Source of the DNA: Tubiluchus corallicola
Taxonomy: Eukaryota > Animalia > Priapulida
Length of the DNA stretch: 64,000 bases
Direction of reading: 5' to 3'
Assembly (NCBI GenBank): GCA_030141605.1
Contig: JAQGDQ010000177.1
Coordinates: 1-64,000, forward strand
Part shown: positions 25,301 to 38,500 of the stretch, piece by piece
Position numbering within the stretch: position 1 is the stretch's first letter
Layout of the letters: every line of letters starts with the position of its first letter
Program-made: the position numbers and the translations under genes
The notes under the pieces: model-generated
The model's database searches: none
Seen by the model: the letters and a program-made list of their open reading frames with translations, nothing else
What the model was told of the DNA's origin: nothing

Positions 25301-26065
25301 GGGTTTATGTTCACAAATTTGTTTTCTGTTCAATTAGTTAAATTACTTGTGTGCGCGCATCGCAGTTTGAAGAAATGTATCTGTGCTTATGTTATGAATT
25401 TGGTCTTTTCACAGTCAGCCAACCAGGAATCTCTTATAGTATTGCATCATATGTATGAAAAACGGAAACACAAATAAAATCGACTTTTTAATGACTGTAA
25501 GGATGTAAACTTGGTGAAAAAGTGATTCGTGAAAGAAAAATTCATTTTCTTTCGTTATTCGCGGCACGAAGGACCATAAATTGGTAGACATAGAATTCGT
25601 TAAGGTAGCATGAATCGCTTTTCAACAACTTTCTTGATTTTTGATCTCTGCGAAAAGAATTTAAAAATTAAAAAAATGCTAGAATGACCAAATGGAAATC
25701 CATATCCGTATCCCGAACGAGATCGGTATCCAGAAGGTCTTGCCAAAGCGATGGAAACTGCAAAGGACGTAAATATTTGAACAAAAACTGATCGAGAAAA
25801 ATACTGAAAAACACCCAGTACCTGTACATCAAGTCCTAAAATATGGCATCTCAAGATACTTTCACAAGCGTTTAGGCCTAATTGAACTCTGAAAATTTAC
25901 GCACTTACGCCTGTTTTAGATCTACAGTTACAATGTGACAACTGCCGAGAAACTTAATATTCTCTCGTGGCATTTGGTAGAGTAAAGTACCTGGAGTGGA
26001 ATGCGACCCGAATAATGAAGGAAGTTTTCGGAACGAAACAGTTATAAAAAAATCAGTTCACTTAC

Positions 26066-26190
26066 CGCACAAAACTGCGCCGAACAAGAAAAAGACCCAT
26101 GTTTAGTAAACTTCAGGCGCCCTCAATTTCGGCACACTCTGTGCAACCAGCCAAAATGCGAAGCCGGAATCTCGGCCTGCAGCTTTTATA
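26066..26190 (-). promoter_or_regulatory. TATA box and probable non-coding first exon of the FGFRL1-like gene
   Basis: TATAAAAG at 26190-26183 (minus), a relatively GC-rich ~90-nt segment, then donor CG|GTAAGT at 26066/26065. Matching acceptor TTTTTTAG ahead of the ATG exon (exon starts 22362). Confidence 0.55.
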
Positions 26191-26555
26191 CTAGCCAGGT
26201 ATGCACGTAGGTCAGTTGAACAGGTTTTGGCCTATTCTAGTTGGCTTCTGTCTCGGTTTTGTTACGTTACAAAGACAATTTCGGTTGGAAACAGTAGCTA
26301 TAACTTGCAGTAGGTATATAAGTTAAATGAATAACATTATCTGCGTATTTAGTCTTTTTATTTTAAAACCACTAAATTCTCGGATCACACGCTGACAAAT
26401 TGGCTTAATGAAATAAGGAATAGGTGAAGACATACTCTCAAGCCCCTGGGTGATGTTATCTAGCTGAAATTCATCTATATTTGAGTCGATTTATGAATAA
26501 TAATATACGTATATGTTTCGTGACTTGTGGTCAGTGAGGGAGGGAGATGGAAAAA

Positions 26556-26557
<2 letters not shown>

Positions 26558-26616
<59 letters not shown>
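26558..26616. repeat. (GA)n microsatellite
   Basis: About 29 GA units; produces the ERERER / SLSLSL ORF artefacts. Confidence 0.95.
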
Positions 26617-26623
<7 letters not shown>

Positions 26624-26659
26624 AGAGAAGAGAGAATAAGAGAAAGTCTGTCTAGTCGA

Positions 26660-27420
26660 TCTAGAATTAATTTTGCTAAAGAATTTAATATAATCATAAA
26701 TGTCAAGAAAAGTAGGCTGGTTGTCATCAGACCTCAGGCACTGTTGCGTGATAGCTTTGGTACAGTTAAATTATGTAATTCGATTTTCATACCCACTGAG
26801 AAAGAAAAATACCTTGGCCACATCATTTCTCAAGATTATAGAGATGATTTAGATATTATCCGACAAAGGTCTTTGTTCTATTGCAGAGTGAACAAACTTA
26901 TTAGAAAATTTGCTTACTGTACAAATGATGTAAAGAAACAGTTATTTGGCTCCTGCTGTAACAGCTTTTATTGCATGTCCACGTGGATAAAAATTTTGTT
27001 TATAAGCTACAAAGGTTAAAAGTAGCGCATAATATATCGTTGAGGAAGTTCTTTAATTATGACTATGATTTTAGTGCTAGTTCAATGCGTTTACTACTTA
27101 AATTAAAATACTTTGATGTAATACATAGAAAATGTGTGTATAGCTTGTTAACCCGTTTAAATAGCAGTTCTAATGTTAACTTAAATAAAGTGAATTTGAA
27201 TTTGAACTTGAATTGTAAACAACTTGACGATGTTTAAAAGTGATGTCCAATCAGAAAATATTGGGGAACCTTATTATATAGGTAACAAAGTTCATTATGT
27301 GTTTTTGGCTAACTGAAACTTTATACTAAGACCAAGTTATTTAATTATTTATTTATGTATATAATTGTGTGTATTTGTAATGATGTGAACAAAATTGTTC
27401 GAAATAAAGTAAATCAATCT
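26660..27420 (+). mobile_element. Non-LTR retrotransposon 3' fragment (RT thumb/C-terminus), frameshifted
   Basis: NVKKS...KYLGHII...DIIRQRSLFYCRVNKLIRKFAYCT..VKKQLF..CC.SFY...W is a typical LINE ORF2 C-terminus; AATAAA near 27403. Confidence 0.7.
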
Positions 27421-27961
27421 CCCTGTTGACCGGTCAGTCTGTTTGTCTATGCATCAGTCTGTCTATCTACGTACTTATCTACTACCTGTCTGTCTATCTA
27501 TCTATCTACCAACCAATCAACCTACCTGCCTACTTACCTACCAACGTACATACCTACCTGCCTATTTATTAATCTACACTTTTATCTTTTTTTCCATTTT
27601 TGATTTCATTGGTCATTTAAAGCGGTTTAACAGCATTCAGGAAAACAGAAAAATAAAATAAACGTGTCATAAACTTAGTAAGGGAGGCCTAGATGTTTTC
27701 TTGGGGGCAAGTAAAAGTGATGTGTCTAGTACATAACTTAACCTACCCTAGTTATAATGTGCTCACAGAATCCGATTATAAGACAGTATTTATATTTGCG
27801 CCTGTAATACTAAAATCTGTTAAATGGTCAACTAAAGTTAATATAAGTTGACAAAAGAGTCAAGAGAGTGTTACTTTGTACTATTGTGCTATAGTTACGT
27901 ATCAAAAGCGGCGCCGAAGTAAACAAATACAAATGCCACTGTACCCATGAAGATTTTGGCC

Positions 27962-28074
27962 GGGGCTGATTTTTTGCACCTGAAACTATTCGTACGAAGT
28001 TCTGTATCTAACTTACGAAAGTTCGTACGAACTTCTTAAAATTCTTACGAACATTATAGTAAAACTCGGTCCAG
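27962..28074. mobile_element. Short Harbinger-like MITE remnant
   Basis: GGGGCTGATTTT...AAAACTCGGTCC imperfect inverted ends with internal TTCGTACGAA/CTTACGAA repeats. Confidence 0.4.
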
Positions 28075-29131
28075 TATCGTAGGTAAATGTAACAGTTTGC
28101 AACTTGTTTTGCTGTCTAGTCTTAACAGGCTTGCAAGTTACTAAGTTACTTGCAAATTATTTGGCGAGAAATCTCGCTAGTCTGAGAAGCGCCGTAGACC
28201 TATTAGTATTATGATGGGCCTTTGCCCATTTTTTAACTTTTTACCGCGGGCTTTTGCCCAATGGGTTTTTGTCCGGTGGGTTTTTGCTATTAAAATGTCT
28301 AGCGCGCTTTTGTTTTACGACTATAGTGCACTATCCTCCTTCTCAGTCCACACTGTAAGTGTAGTAGAGTAAAATAGTGCTGCACCATCATCTGAATATA
28401 AAACTTCTTATCAGCTAGAACGAACTACCCTGTACTGTGTTTACTATAATTATAGTAGCCTCATTCTTGTCGTTTTTGCCATTGTGACGTTTGCTAATAA
28501 AAACTGGAACACGAAGGTTGGTTGTTCCACACATGAAATTAGTTTGTATAATACGCTACTTTTAAAATGTATATTACATAAATAGCATTTGCACACGACT
28601 CCGAGCAGATCTGAGTTTGACGGGGAGTTTCGGGTATAGAACGCATCAAGGAAATGGAAACAGTTATGCACAGTTAGTAATTAAGCCTATGAATAAGTGG
28701 CAGAAGGGGAAAAGACACACAAATTCGGCCTTCACAAGTTTATACGGCTGCTCTCCACAACAAACACACTCGCGCGTTGATCGCTGAAATCAATGTGATG
28801 ATGGCAGCCTAAGCTGCATAGCAGTCAAATCTATGAAACCCCGAAGCTCCAAAGTACAGGCACACATGCCAGGGCAGCAAGTTCTCAAATCGTGTCCTTG
28901 AGACAGCAGACAGAAAAAACGTGGGACTTCTTAATCCACATTCGTCGGTTATCAGTCGGTGGAGCTGTTATATATGTACAGTACTGTTGATTGTACGTGT
29001 TAGTGGTGGTGCCATACTTCCGCACCTATTAATGTGATTGTGGCAGACGCAACAGCTGTGATATTGTAGTGCCTATAAGTGATTAACGTTACTGCGTGTA
29101 TTCGTTTAATTATTTATTCTCGATTAGCATA

Positions 29132-30592
29132 ATGTCTAACATACTGAAAAAAATTTGCTTGACAAGAGCGTCTAAATTATACTGTATGCAGCAAGTTAAT
29201 ATATATTGTATCGGTAGCAGGAGCTTTTTGCCAAGTTGTGTGAATACAGTAGTAAAAGCGGGTCTTGTGCCTTCGAGAAGCTTGTGTATTCGTGGTCATC
29301 TGAGTAACTACAGTAAATGGAAACCAAAAGGGCCATCAATTGCTAGAAACTTTCATGCGTCCAGTTTTGTATTCTCGCTGACAGCAACTTCAGAGAATCA
29401 CGTTCCTTTTTCTTTGAATATATCAGATGACAAGACAAAGTTAAAGGTGATCTGGAATGACAACACAACCACAGAATTCAACTCTACCTGGCTGCGATAT
29501 CAGTGTAACTGTGAACAATGCAAGCAACCAGGTAGCAGTCAAAGGTTGATTGGTGCTCATTCCTTACCACCTTGCTTAACAATCGAATCTGCTAGTATCT
29601 CCAATCAGGATATATTCATCAAATGGATTGAGGATGAACATAAAGGCCAAATTCCCATGGACTTTTTATATGAGAACAAAGACTTAGGGAATAAAAATGA
29701 AGAAGTTAGCCAAAATGCTATTCCAGATCCTCTAACAAGTATTCCAGAAATACAATATGAACACTTAATTACTGGGGGTGACGCTGCTGTGTTGGAATTT
29801 GTGCAAAACATTAACAAGGCTGGAATGTGTTTGGTGAAGCACTGTCCCACTGAACCAGGAATGGTCGCAAAAGTCGCTGAAATGATTGCACCAGTTCAGA
29901 ATCTTATCTATGGCATAGTGTGGGATGTGAAGAACACTCCAAAACCAATCAATGTTGCATACAGCACAGCTGATCTATGTCTTCACGTGGACCTGAATTA
30001 CTACCAGTCACCACCAGGAATACAATTGCTACACTGTTTGTGCAATGATGAATGTGTCACAGGAGGTCTTAGTACCTTCAGAGATATGTTCCATGCAGCG
30101 GAACAGCTGAGACAGTCCTACCCACACCATTTTGCCACTCTCTGCAGAGTACCGGCAACCTTTCAGAAGATCCATTATGAACGAGAATGCCCTGTTCACA
30201 TGGTCTACACGAGGCACCACATTGTCCTGAATGAATTTGGTCACATCATTGCTGTGAATTGGTCACCTCCGTTTGAGGGACCTCTACAGGTTCCTGATGA
30301 TGACACAAATCTGTACTATGAAGCGTACTGGGAGTTTGGCCAGATAGTTGAAAATGAGCAATTTATAATGAAATATCGTGCCGAACCAGGAGATGTTGCT
30401 GCATTCAATAACTGCAGATTACTTCACGGTCGTACTGAAGTGGAACTGAATGGTGGGCAACGTCTTCTCCAAGGCTGCTACGTTAATATTGATGAATACA
30501 AAAGCCGGTTGATGTACCTTTTACACAGCTGCAATAAACAAGAGGAATTGAAAAATGTCAAACGAGTTGGAAACTATGACTTGTATAAATAA
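29132..30592 (+). CDS. Fe(II)/2-oxoglutarate dioxygenase, gamma-butyrobetaine hydroxylase/TauD family (Aim17/Fmp12-like), probably mitochondrial; single coding exon, 486 aa
   Basis: N-terminal Zn site (WLRYQCNCEQC...H), facial triad H-V-D (LHVDLNYYQSPPGIQLLHC) and NCRLLHGR, then RLLQGCY. First ATG at 29132 follows an AG acceptor at 29126-29127 (the ORF-track start is a GTG). Basic N-terminus with no acidic residues. Confidence 0.9.
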   Translation: MSNILKKICLTRASKLYCMQQVNIYCIGSRSFLPSCVNTVVKAGLVPSRSLCIRGHLSNYSKWKPKGPSIARNFHASSFVFSLTATSENHVPFSLNISDDKTKLKVIWNDNTTTEFNSTWLRYQCNCEQCKQPGSSQRLIGAHSLPPCLTIESASISNQDIFIKWIEDEHKGQIPMDFLYENKDLGNKNEEVSQNAIPDPLTSIPEIQYEHLITGGDAAVLEFVQNINKAGMCLVKHCPTEPGMVAKVAEMIAPVQNLIYGIVWDVKNTPKPINVAYSTADLCLHVDLNYYQSPPGIQLLHCLCNDECVTGGLSTFRDMFHAAEQLRQSYPHHFATLCRVPATFQKIHYERECPVHMVYTRHHIVLNEFGHIIAVNWSPPFEGPLQVPDDDTNLYYEAYWEFGQIVENEQFIMKYRAEPGDVAAFNNCRLLHGRTEVELNGGQRLLQGCYVNIDEYKSRLMYLLHSCNKQEELKNVKRVGNYDLYK

Positions 30593-32556
30593 ATAATTTG
30601 GTGCACCATAAATGGCTCAATCCAAAGCAAATGATATTGTTTTGCTTTGTTATACACTGCAAACAACTTGTCATTTGTGTCCTAACTGTGTTGACATTTC
30701 TTAAGGTGGTCTTAGTCTGTAATTAATTAATGAAAAAAGGTTAAAATTATTTTTAATAATCTTGCTATGAATTTCCTTTATCTTCTGGTGGAAAGTGAAA
30801 TTGATGTTAAATAGTAGCACAATTTGGTTAACAGCATACTACACGATGGCATTTAGCTGCAGCTCCACGTTAAATAAAGAATTAATAGCTCAAGTTAGGG
30901 GTGTCACAGACAACAGCAGAGCATAAATAAAGTTCTACAGCATGAAGGTGTGCCTAAAACAAATGCTTTACATAAAACGTTTGTATGTATTAACTGGGCT
31001 CAGCTGATATCAGTTATTGTAAACATTCTATGGAATACATGGCAGCTAACAGAATTGTACTTTGTGTGCACTTTTTTTATTTTACTGCAGTACATATTGT
31101 CAAATATGACAATAAAAGTTGCTAAAGAATGATCATGTAATAAAGTTGTTGAAAATTTTATCACTATGTTAAACATATTTGTTCATACATAAATCAGAAT
31201 TATGGGATATCCAGCCCAGACTTATCTGAAGTTAATTTGAAAGAAAAAAATTATAGTGATTATATAATTACATAGTTGTGAATATATTAATATAATATTA
31301 GTTTAAAGTTTATAGTCTCGAAAAAAATTTAATTCGGAAACTGCATTTCGACCAAAATAATTACCATATTTTTATAATGTTATACCTTATTTACACACAC
31401 AATTAATAAACACTAACTACCAATATCTTCGGCGCTTTGTAATTACTTTCTTAAACATTTAAAAACAAAGTGCAAAAGCATTAGAGTGCCATAAAAACAC
31501 TTGATAGCTTTAGCTATACACCCACATTCAAATATAGCAGAATTGTTAACAAAATCGAGTATGAAAAAGTAAATTAGACACAACCACAGTTGTACAATGG
31601 GTATAAATAATCAAACGCTTACATTATAATAAAAATACTAAATATAGTTAATTTGTGGTATAATGGGAAAGAGGGACAGCCTAAGCATTGACTCGACAAA
31701 CACTTAACACCACTTTGCCTGCTTACACCCTATTCTTGACCGACACAGGTTGAATAAAAGCAGCCAATTATGCAATTATCTGCAACTATAATTAAACAAC
31801 GTCCTTCAACAATAATTATTGAAAACGAGCAGCAACAAGTGTTCCTTCAAGGAAACTGGTTGGGCAAAATTTCACAAATTCATTACAGTAATGTGCTGCC
31901 ATCTTGCAACCAATAATTTAAGTAAACAGACTGCCCAGATTTTTTGTACTCCATATGCACAGTCTGCTGCACAGACCTTGCCAACAGCAACGTAAGGTTA
32001 GCAATTAAAATTAGAATAGACAAGAATGGGTGAGTCACTGAATTCCACACTGCTTCCATTTTACAAACTTACTCCCGCTCACAAGAAAACTAAAGTTTCA
32101 AATAAAGTGCTGTGCTGTGATCGATTATAACAAAACCACAAGTGTTCCAGTTACAAACAAAAAACTATACACATACACTAAACTTGAACTGGTATACTGT
32201 TACAGACAAGTATAATTTAGGACCTGCCTAGAAAGATTTACATCCTACCTAAATAAAGGCTATTTACACAATCTCCAAGTTTAATAAAAAATACTTATAA
32301 CAAAAAGTAATAACAAAAAGACATTTACACTGTTAGTTGCAGATCAAAAAAGGAAGACTTTATATACAAGGATAAATCAAAGGATCAGAGAAAAATAAAA
32401 GAATAGAGATTAGTTTCTATTGTAAATCTATTCCCTTTAGTTTGACTCTTTCCTTTAATATGCTTTCAAAATCATATTTTAAGACAAACATATTAGAAAC
32501 CTACACTTGGAGCATATGAATGTATGCAGAGCACAGCTCTGTAAAGATGGCTATTG

Positions 32557-35500
32557 TTAGAAAAGTAGATCACTAGTCGGAGACTCGGAAAAAGCAATGT
32601 CTTTATCATCAGGTTTGATCCAGTCTTCATTCTGCTCTTCCTGGGTAGACTGAGATTCGACTACTTTCACGTCTGGCGTAGGAATACCTTGTCCAAGCTG
32701 GTACTCTTGGTGTAGCTTTGTCGGAGAGTAGTGGCCTAGCCCTGCAACAACAAAAGAGTTCACAATTATGTGCAAACTCACTATATGCAGGTAATTTCCT
32801 ATAAGCCTATTATGTAAAGAGGTTGAGAATTATTTAATTTAAGCTACAACGAAATCTATAAGCCCGCTACAACCAGAGAGGCAGAGACCAAAAATAAGCA
32901 TACAAGAAATCAAATGGTACACATACAGTACACAAAACAACAACAATCATCTAATGAAATTTGATATCTGGTAAATGTTGAGGACATTCTTTGCTATGAG
33001 TCATACCTAGCTGTGAATCATTAATAACCAGACACGGAACACAATCAACGCTGGCGGGGCAGGGAAAGTCTCAAGCTAAAAGCTGAGTTAAAGCTGAGTC
33101 AATATTAAGACTTCGATTTTTTATAAACCGCAAGGCAGAAAATGCGACTGGCTGAAAATAAAGATTGTGCTGCGTGCTGTAGTGCAAGAGCAGGAAACTT
33201 GTAGCTATAGAGTTAGACGCTGAGATACAAGACTAAGCCCAGAGCTGCAGCTTGCTAGTCCAAATCTGTCTAACATTTCACTGTAGTTTGTAATAATTCG
33301 TTGTGGCGCCATTCAAAAACATGTCAATTTTCATTAAACCAGCTAAATATTACTATTATATTTTATTGGGTAATTAACATTGACACAATACATACGCTGT
33401 GAGTTGTAAGGCTGCAACTCAAATGCTACCAAGCATTTAAACGCTATTGCAAACTGTTCTTTATACTGATTTTTGTCACATACGTAATTGTTACGTAATC
33501 TTTATGGCATTATGTAAGTTGATACTTTAAATTTTAGGATAATTCAGCTTTAGAATTTATCATTGTAATGATGAAGGTAATAGCGATGATAATGTAAATA
33601 GTAATAATGATAATATATGTGACCCTATAAAATATACACTACGTTAGTAACAACACGATACAAGTTAAATTCAATAATTTAAACTAAAGACAAAACATCA
33701 AACTTTGAAGTATAGACCCAATGGTATAACAATAATATACATAAACACAAATTTAAGGTAGTTACATACACATAGGATTTGATTTACATAAACGATGTTA
33801 GTTACATATGTAGTTCGTTTTTTTTATTTCCAATAATTACATCCTGGAACTGAAACATGTTAAAACAAAATCACAAGCAATTTAAAGAATTTTAGAATCG
33901 CTTGAGCCTAATAATAATAATTTTAGTTTGTCATCATCTGATAAGTAAGTAAAATTTGGTGTAGAACTTATTTCTGTATAAAGGATGTTTCTTAGCTATT
34001 AATATCTAAAACAGTGTAAAAGCATGTCTACAGTGTACTTCGTCTTCTATTTCTTGTTTGTTTGGGTCGCATTGTGGCTGCAAATAATTCTCTAAGTTTA
34101 TAGCTTTCTTTAACTTTGCAGTAATTTCTTAATTTGTTTCTGTCATTGTTATTAATGCTGTGCGTGCTGCTATTAATAACTTCCTTCCACTTTTCGAGAT
34201 ACATATTTTGTAGTTTCTGTTTAACACAGTGTAATAAGTGTTTGTTGCTTACAGTTTCTTGATGTTTCCATACATGTTCGAAACCTGTTAAGCTTAAAAC
34301 ACCTTTCACAAATTTTGCTCAGCTCAAAAAATCTGTATGATTAGTGATGTGTTAGGTCTGTTAATTATTTGTAGCCAATGACTTATTACATTAAGTATTA
34401 TGTCTATTCCTAAACAGTACTGTGAAGTTCAGCTCGTGCTGCGTTTTTCACTTATTTATTATTAACGTTTAGTATATATCTGCACAATTTTACGTTGAGG
34501 TCTTCAGTACTTATTTTGCCATTTACATTTGACAGGTTAGACTGTAAAAAGTGTTGAACATTTGCACTGTATGGTCATCAAACTGCGCTGCCATAAAGTG
34601 ATATAGGTTTAATGAGGGAATTAAATAGATTTATAGTTATTTTAGGTGGCAAATTATAGTTCATTAGTTCAGTTTTTATTATGTATGAAAATTTTAGGCC
34701 TTTGTCTTTTAATTCTTGCATTGACTGCTTAAAATATCCATAGTTGTAAAACTTTACTAGGAGGTAATTGTATAACAATACAATGACTACTGTAATTTGA
34801 TTCAAACAATTCAAACATGACTACTGTAATTTGTTTTGATCTGCATTGATAAGTTTGATTAAAGGGTATTCTGCCAGTTTTATTAAAAATGATAACTTCT
34901 GTCTCGTTTGCGTTTATTGTAACATTCCATTTGAAACAATAGTTTGCGAGTATTTTAAGTGAGTTTTTAATGTGTCGTTATGCCGATTCGGGAAATCGTT
35001 CAAAGATAACGAGAATGGTGTTGAACTCAATACACGCCCTTGTTTTACCACATAAGTACCTCAAAAAATTATCTGTACAACCATTTAGCGGTGTTATTGA
35101 GTATTTGACTTTTTCAGTATATACTGAAATATACCTGTATGCTGTATATACCTTTCTCAATGAGAAGCCAGGTCCAAGACAAACGCAGATGTACCAACTC
35201 TCACACATTAGGCGTGTATCGCGCGCATTTTAAGTTTTTCACACGCACGCACGCATCAAATTTCAATTCACACGCATTCGGCAGGTTCACAAACAAGTTT
35301 GCAAATCGCGTGGCTTCCTTTGCCACATTAGTACGAGCCACAACACAATTAATAGCAATACTTCCAATAATACAGTAGCATTCATAAGTCTCACAATAAA
35401 CAGTACTGCAAATATTGAAATTAAGAAGTTTTGGATGCTATTGAGCTTTTCTTGTGTACAAAAGAACATGATAATAAAGCGTAGTGAACTGCAATTACAG

Positions 35501-38500
35501 CATAAGAAATCTCGATTAGTAGTACTCAAAAATTATCTTAATTTTTGTCCTAATTTTTGATAATTTGATTGCGATACCCAAAAAAGGAAAAATTTCTGCA
35601 GCACAATTGTCATATGAACCCCTCTGAGAGATGACCCCCGGGCTTACTATGTTTCATTCTGATTTTTATATGAAGCGGTTGGCAGGTCTGGAAACGTGTC
35701 AGTGTGCGACTGTGAGTTAACTGCAACAGTATGTAAGCAATGTATTCAGTTCACGTAGGACATGCATGGGAAGTTGGACATACATGTCAAATTACCAGAA
35801 GCAGAATTCTTTCTCATAAAATACAGAAATTCTTTCTCACAAAATAGAGAAATCAAGTACCAAAATTAGGGAAGACTCTCCAACTGTTCACAAGCTCAAA
35901 GGAACGAAAAAAGAGAGGCCTTCTCCTCCCTAGTTCAGCGGAAAATTTTCCTCCTGGCCGGCTATTTACCAAACTCACAAGTGGTGATAAATTACTCTTC
36001 AAACCGGTATCTCAAGTCTAGACTTGACATTGTCAATAATCTCAGTACCTATAAATAATTGTCAAAACCCTCTCAAAAAGGGAAGGTCAAGAGTCGAAAG
36101 AACATAGAACCATTAAACCTTACAGCAAATGGCATGTAGCTATTTTGAGACCGTACACTAAACGTGAGCAAAGGCTGTTCCAAGGATTTTCACACATTGC
36201 TGGAGCGGAATTTTGAGATACACGTACTAATAAACAAATGTGAAACAGTTCACAAACTTGGAAAACTCATATAACAATGTTTACTTAACAGTCAGTCACC
36301 AAAAACACGGCGAACCAAACCTTGCCACTATGTTACAAAGTTACGTTTTGTGTTTAAAGGAGTAGAATTATGTATAGTTTCTTTTTCATCAAAAACAGAA
36401 ATTTACTGGAATTTATTAATTACCGGTGGAAGTCCAGCTACGGTCATTTCACACAACATTTATTGCGCATGCCCACCGTGCCACCACAGATCAAGTCGAC
36501 TTCATGTGAACAACGCAATCAACAACTATAAGCTTAAAACTTCCTTAAAGTCAGGAAAGGGAACACTGGACAAAGATGAATGTTAACCTTTATTATGCAG
36601 AAAACTCGACAATATCTTGACGATAAAGATTTCAGTGAAATGTGGATTACAAAACTAATATAGGGAAGCCCAAGGGGCGCTTGAGATCTGATACGAATTA
36701 ACCAGACTGGTCCACTTTATCTTGTCTTGAGCGTACTTGTCTTCGTTATGATCTAGAAACGTCTGAACGCCTTATTACACATTTTCCATTTTAATTATTT
36801 TATGCGGAAATTTACAGAATATGACAGTCCTGAACAAAACGTAGCGAATTTAGATGTAAAAATGTTTGCAGGCAGTCTAGCCTTGGGAGAGACATGAGCC
36901 ACAAATTTAATTGATTGTTTATATGACGATCGTCTTGGCGTGCAGAAGTTTAATGCCCTCATTCCGAAGTTTATTAGCCTCTCTGTTAAGCGTGTTTACA
37001 AGTCTTCAAAACTGTCAATCATTTTTGCAATTAGTGCCGAATTGATGCTACATTTGAATCAAAGATTAAGAATGACGAGAAAGCTACTTAATTTTATTCA
37101 GCTAAAAACGTCTACTCTCTTGCTCTTTACCGCTTTATTAGCAGCTGACTAAACTCAAAATATTGCTTAAAGCGTGATTACAATAATTTGCTTTCATCTT
37201 ACGAGACAGCTCTAAGGATGTAGCTTTAGGAGGCTGACAGTTGACTCACCATGTATTGTATACCACTTATTCTAAAGAGCTGACTACCCGAGTGGTCACG
37301 ACATACACTTCGCGACAGAAGTTAAGCAACGCACAGGCTGATCAGTGAATGGCTCGCAACTGCCTGGGTTTAATACTCACTCACAATATGGTTTCATTCG
37401 CGATACTGATACTGGTTACCTTCTGAGGGAGGAAGAACGATCATGTACATTACAGACACCTCCGTCAGTCTTAGTCTCATCTTAGAATGTCACATACTCC
37501 GAAATGAGCTAGATTCTGGTCTAGCCACAAACATGATAGATTGAGTTGACCCTGTTGTTGAATGTGGAATTCAGGCTTACAGTGTGCTGAGGTGTATGCA
37601 AACCACCAAATATGCAGTATGACGCCAAATTAATGTACAACATTACCAGAACACGTGACTAATAAATATGTATGGGGCCCCAGTATTATGAATAACTTAA
37701 CTCAACCCTGTACCTGCAGATCCCACAGGAACAGTCTTTAAGCTGCTCTGCTTGATACTTTCAGGAACCTCAGCATCTCCATTAACCAGGCCATTACTGT
37801 CGCTGTTGCCAACATCATGATCATCAACACAATGGTGCTGCTCGTCCGCTTGAGCAAGAAGACTCTGCTCGGATGGATACTCATAGTGATCGGGCGTGTT
37901 GGCACTGAATTTTATTCGTAGCTGAAAATGATAATAAATTAGTGAGTATGGTAATTTCATAGTATACCGCCATGTGTAACCTTGCATGCTTGTATTCTGA
38001 TAATGGTGTTCGCAATAAATGATCAGCATTGTTGACTATGCATAAACATAATGATTATGAGCCATAAAAAATACGAATTCCGTCAGTAAAATTGCTTGTT
38101 AAATATGGGCTGTTATACAACAAAGAACAGATGGATGTTGGTCAATGAATTTACGGGTATAAAGTACACCTGTTGATGCAATAACAGTTAAATGACAATA
38201 CAATAATGCCCGCTCTCAAACGTTCTTCCTATTTGAGTGCACAGAAGTTTTCAAGGTGTAAGTAATCCTTTTTATGAGGATTTAGTTTAGTAAAAAACTG
38301 TGTAGCAACAGTAAGTATCTTTATTTAATCACTTTTTTACAAGAAAAACACAGAGCATGAAACTTAATACGAATCCATTTTTGTTTGGTCAGCTGGTCAA
38401 GAACAAAAACGTTGCAACCTCGTGTCTCTAAAAGGAAGACTAATTAATCGTCATTCTCATTTAAACTAGGTTCACGGTCACTTGGTAGAATGATTCCCTT

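Noticed and set aside
26513-27019. 168-aa ER-repeat protein gene
   Set aside because: A (GA)n microsatellite abutting a LINE fragment.
29096-29131. ORF-track start of the dioxygenase
   Set aside because: It is a GTG start within a pyrimidine-rich acceptor region; ATG 29132 is the plausible eukaryotic start.
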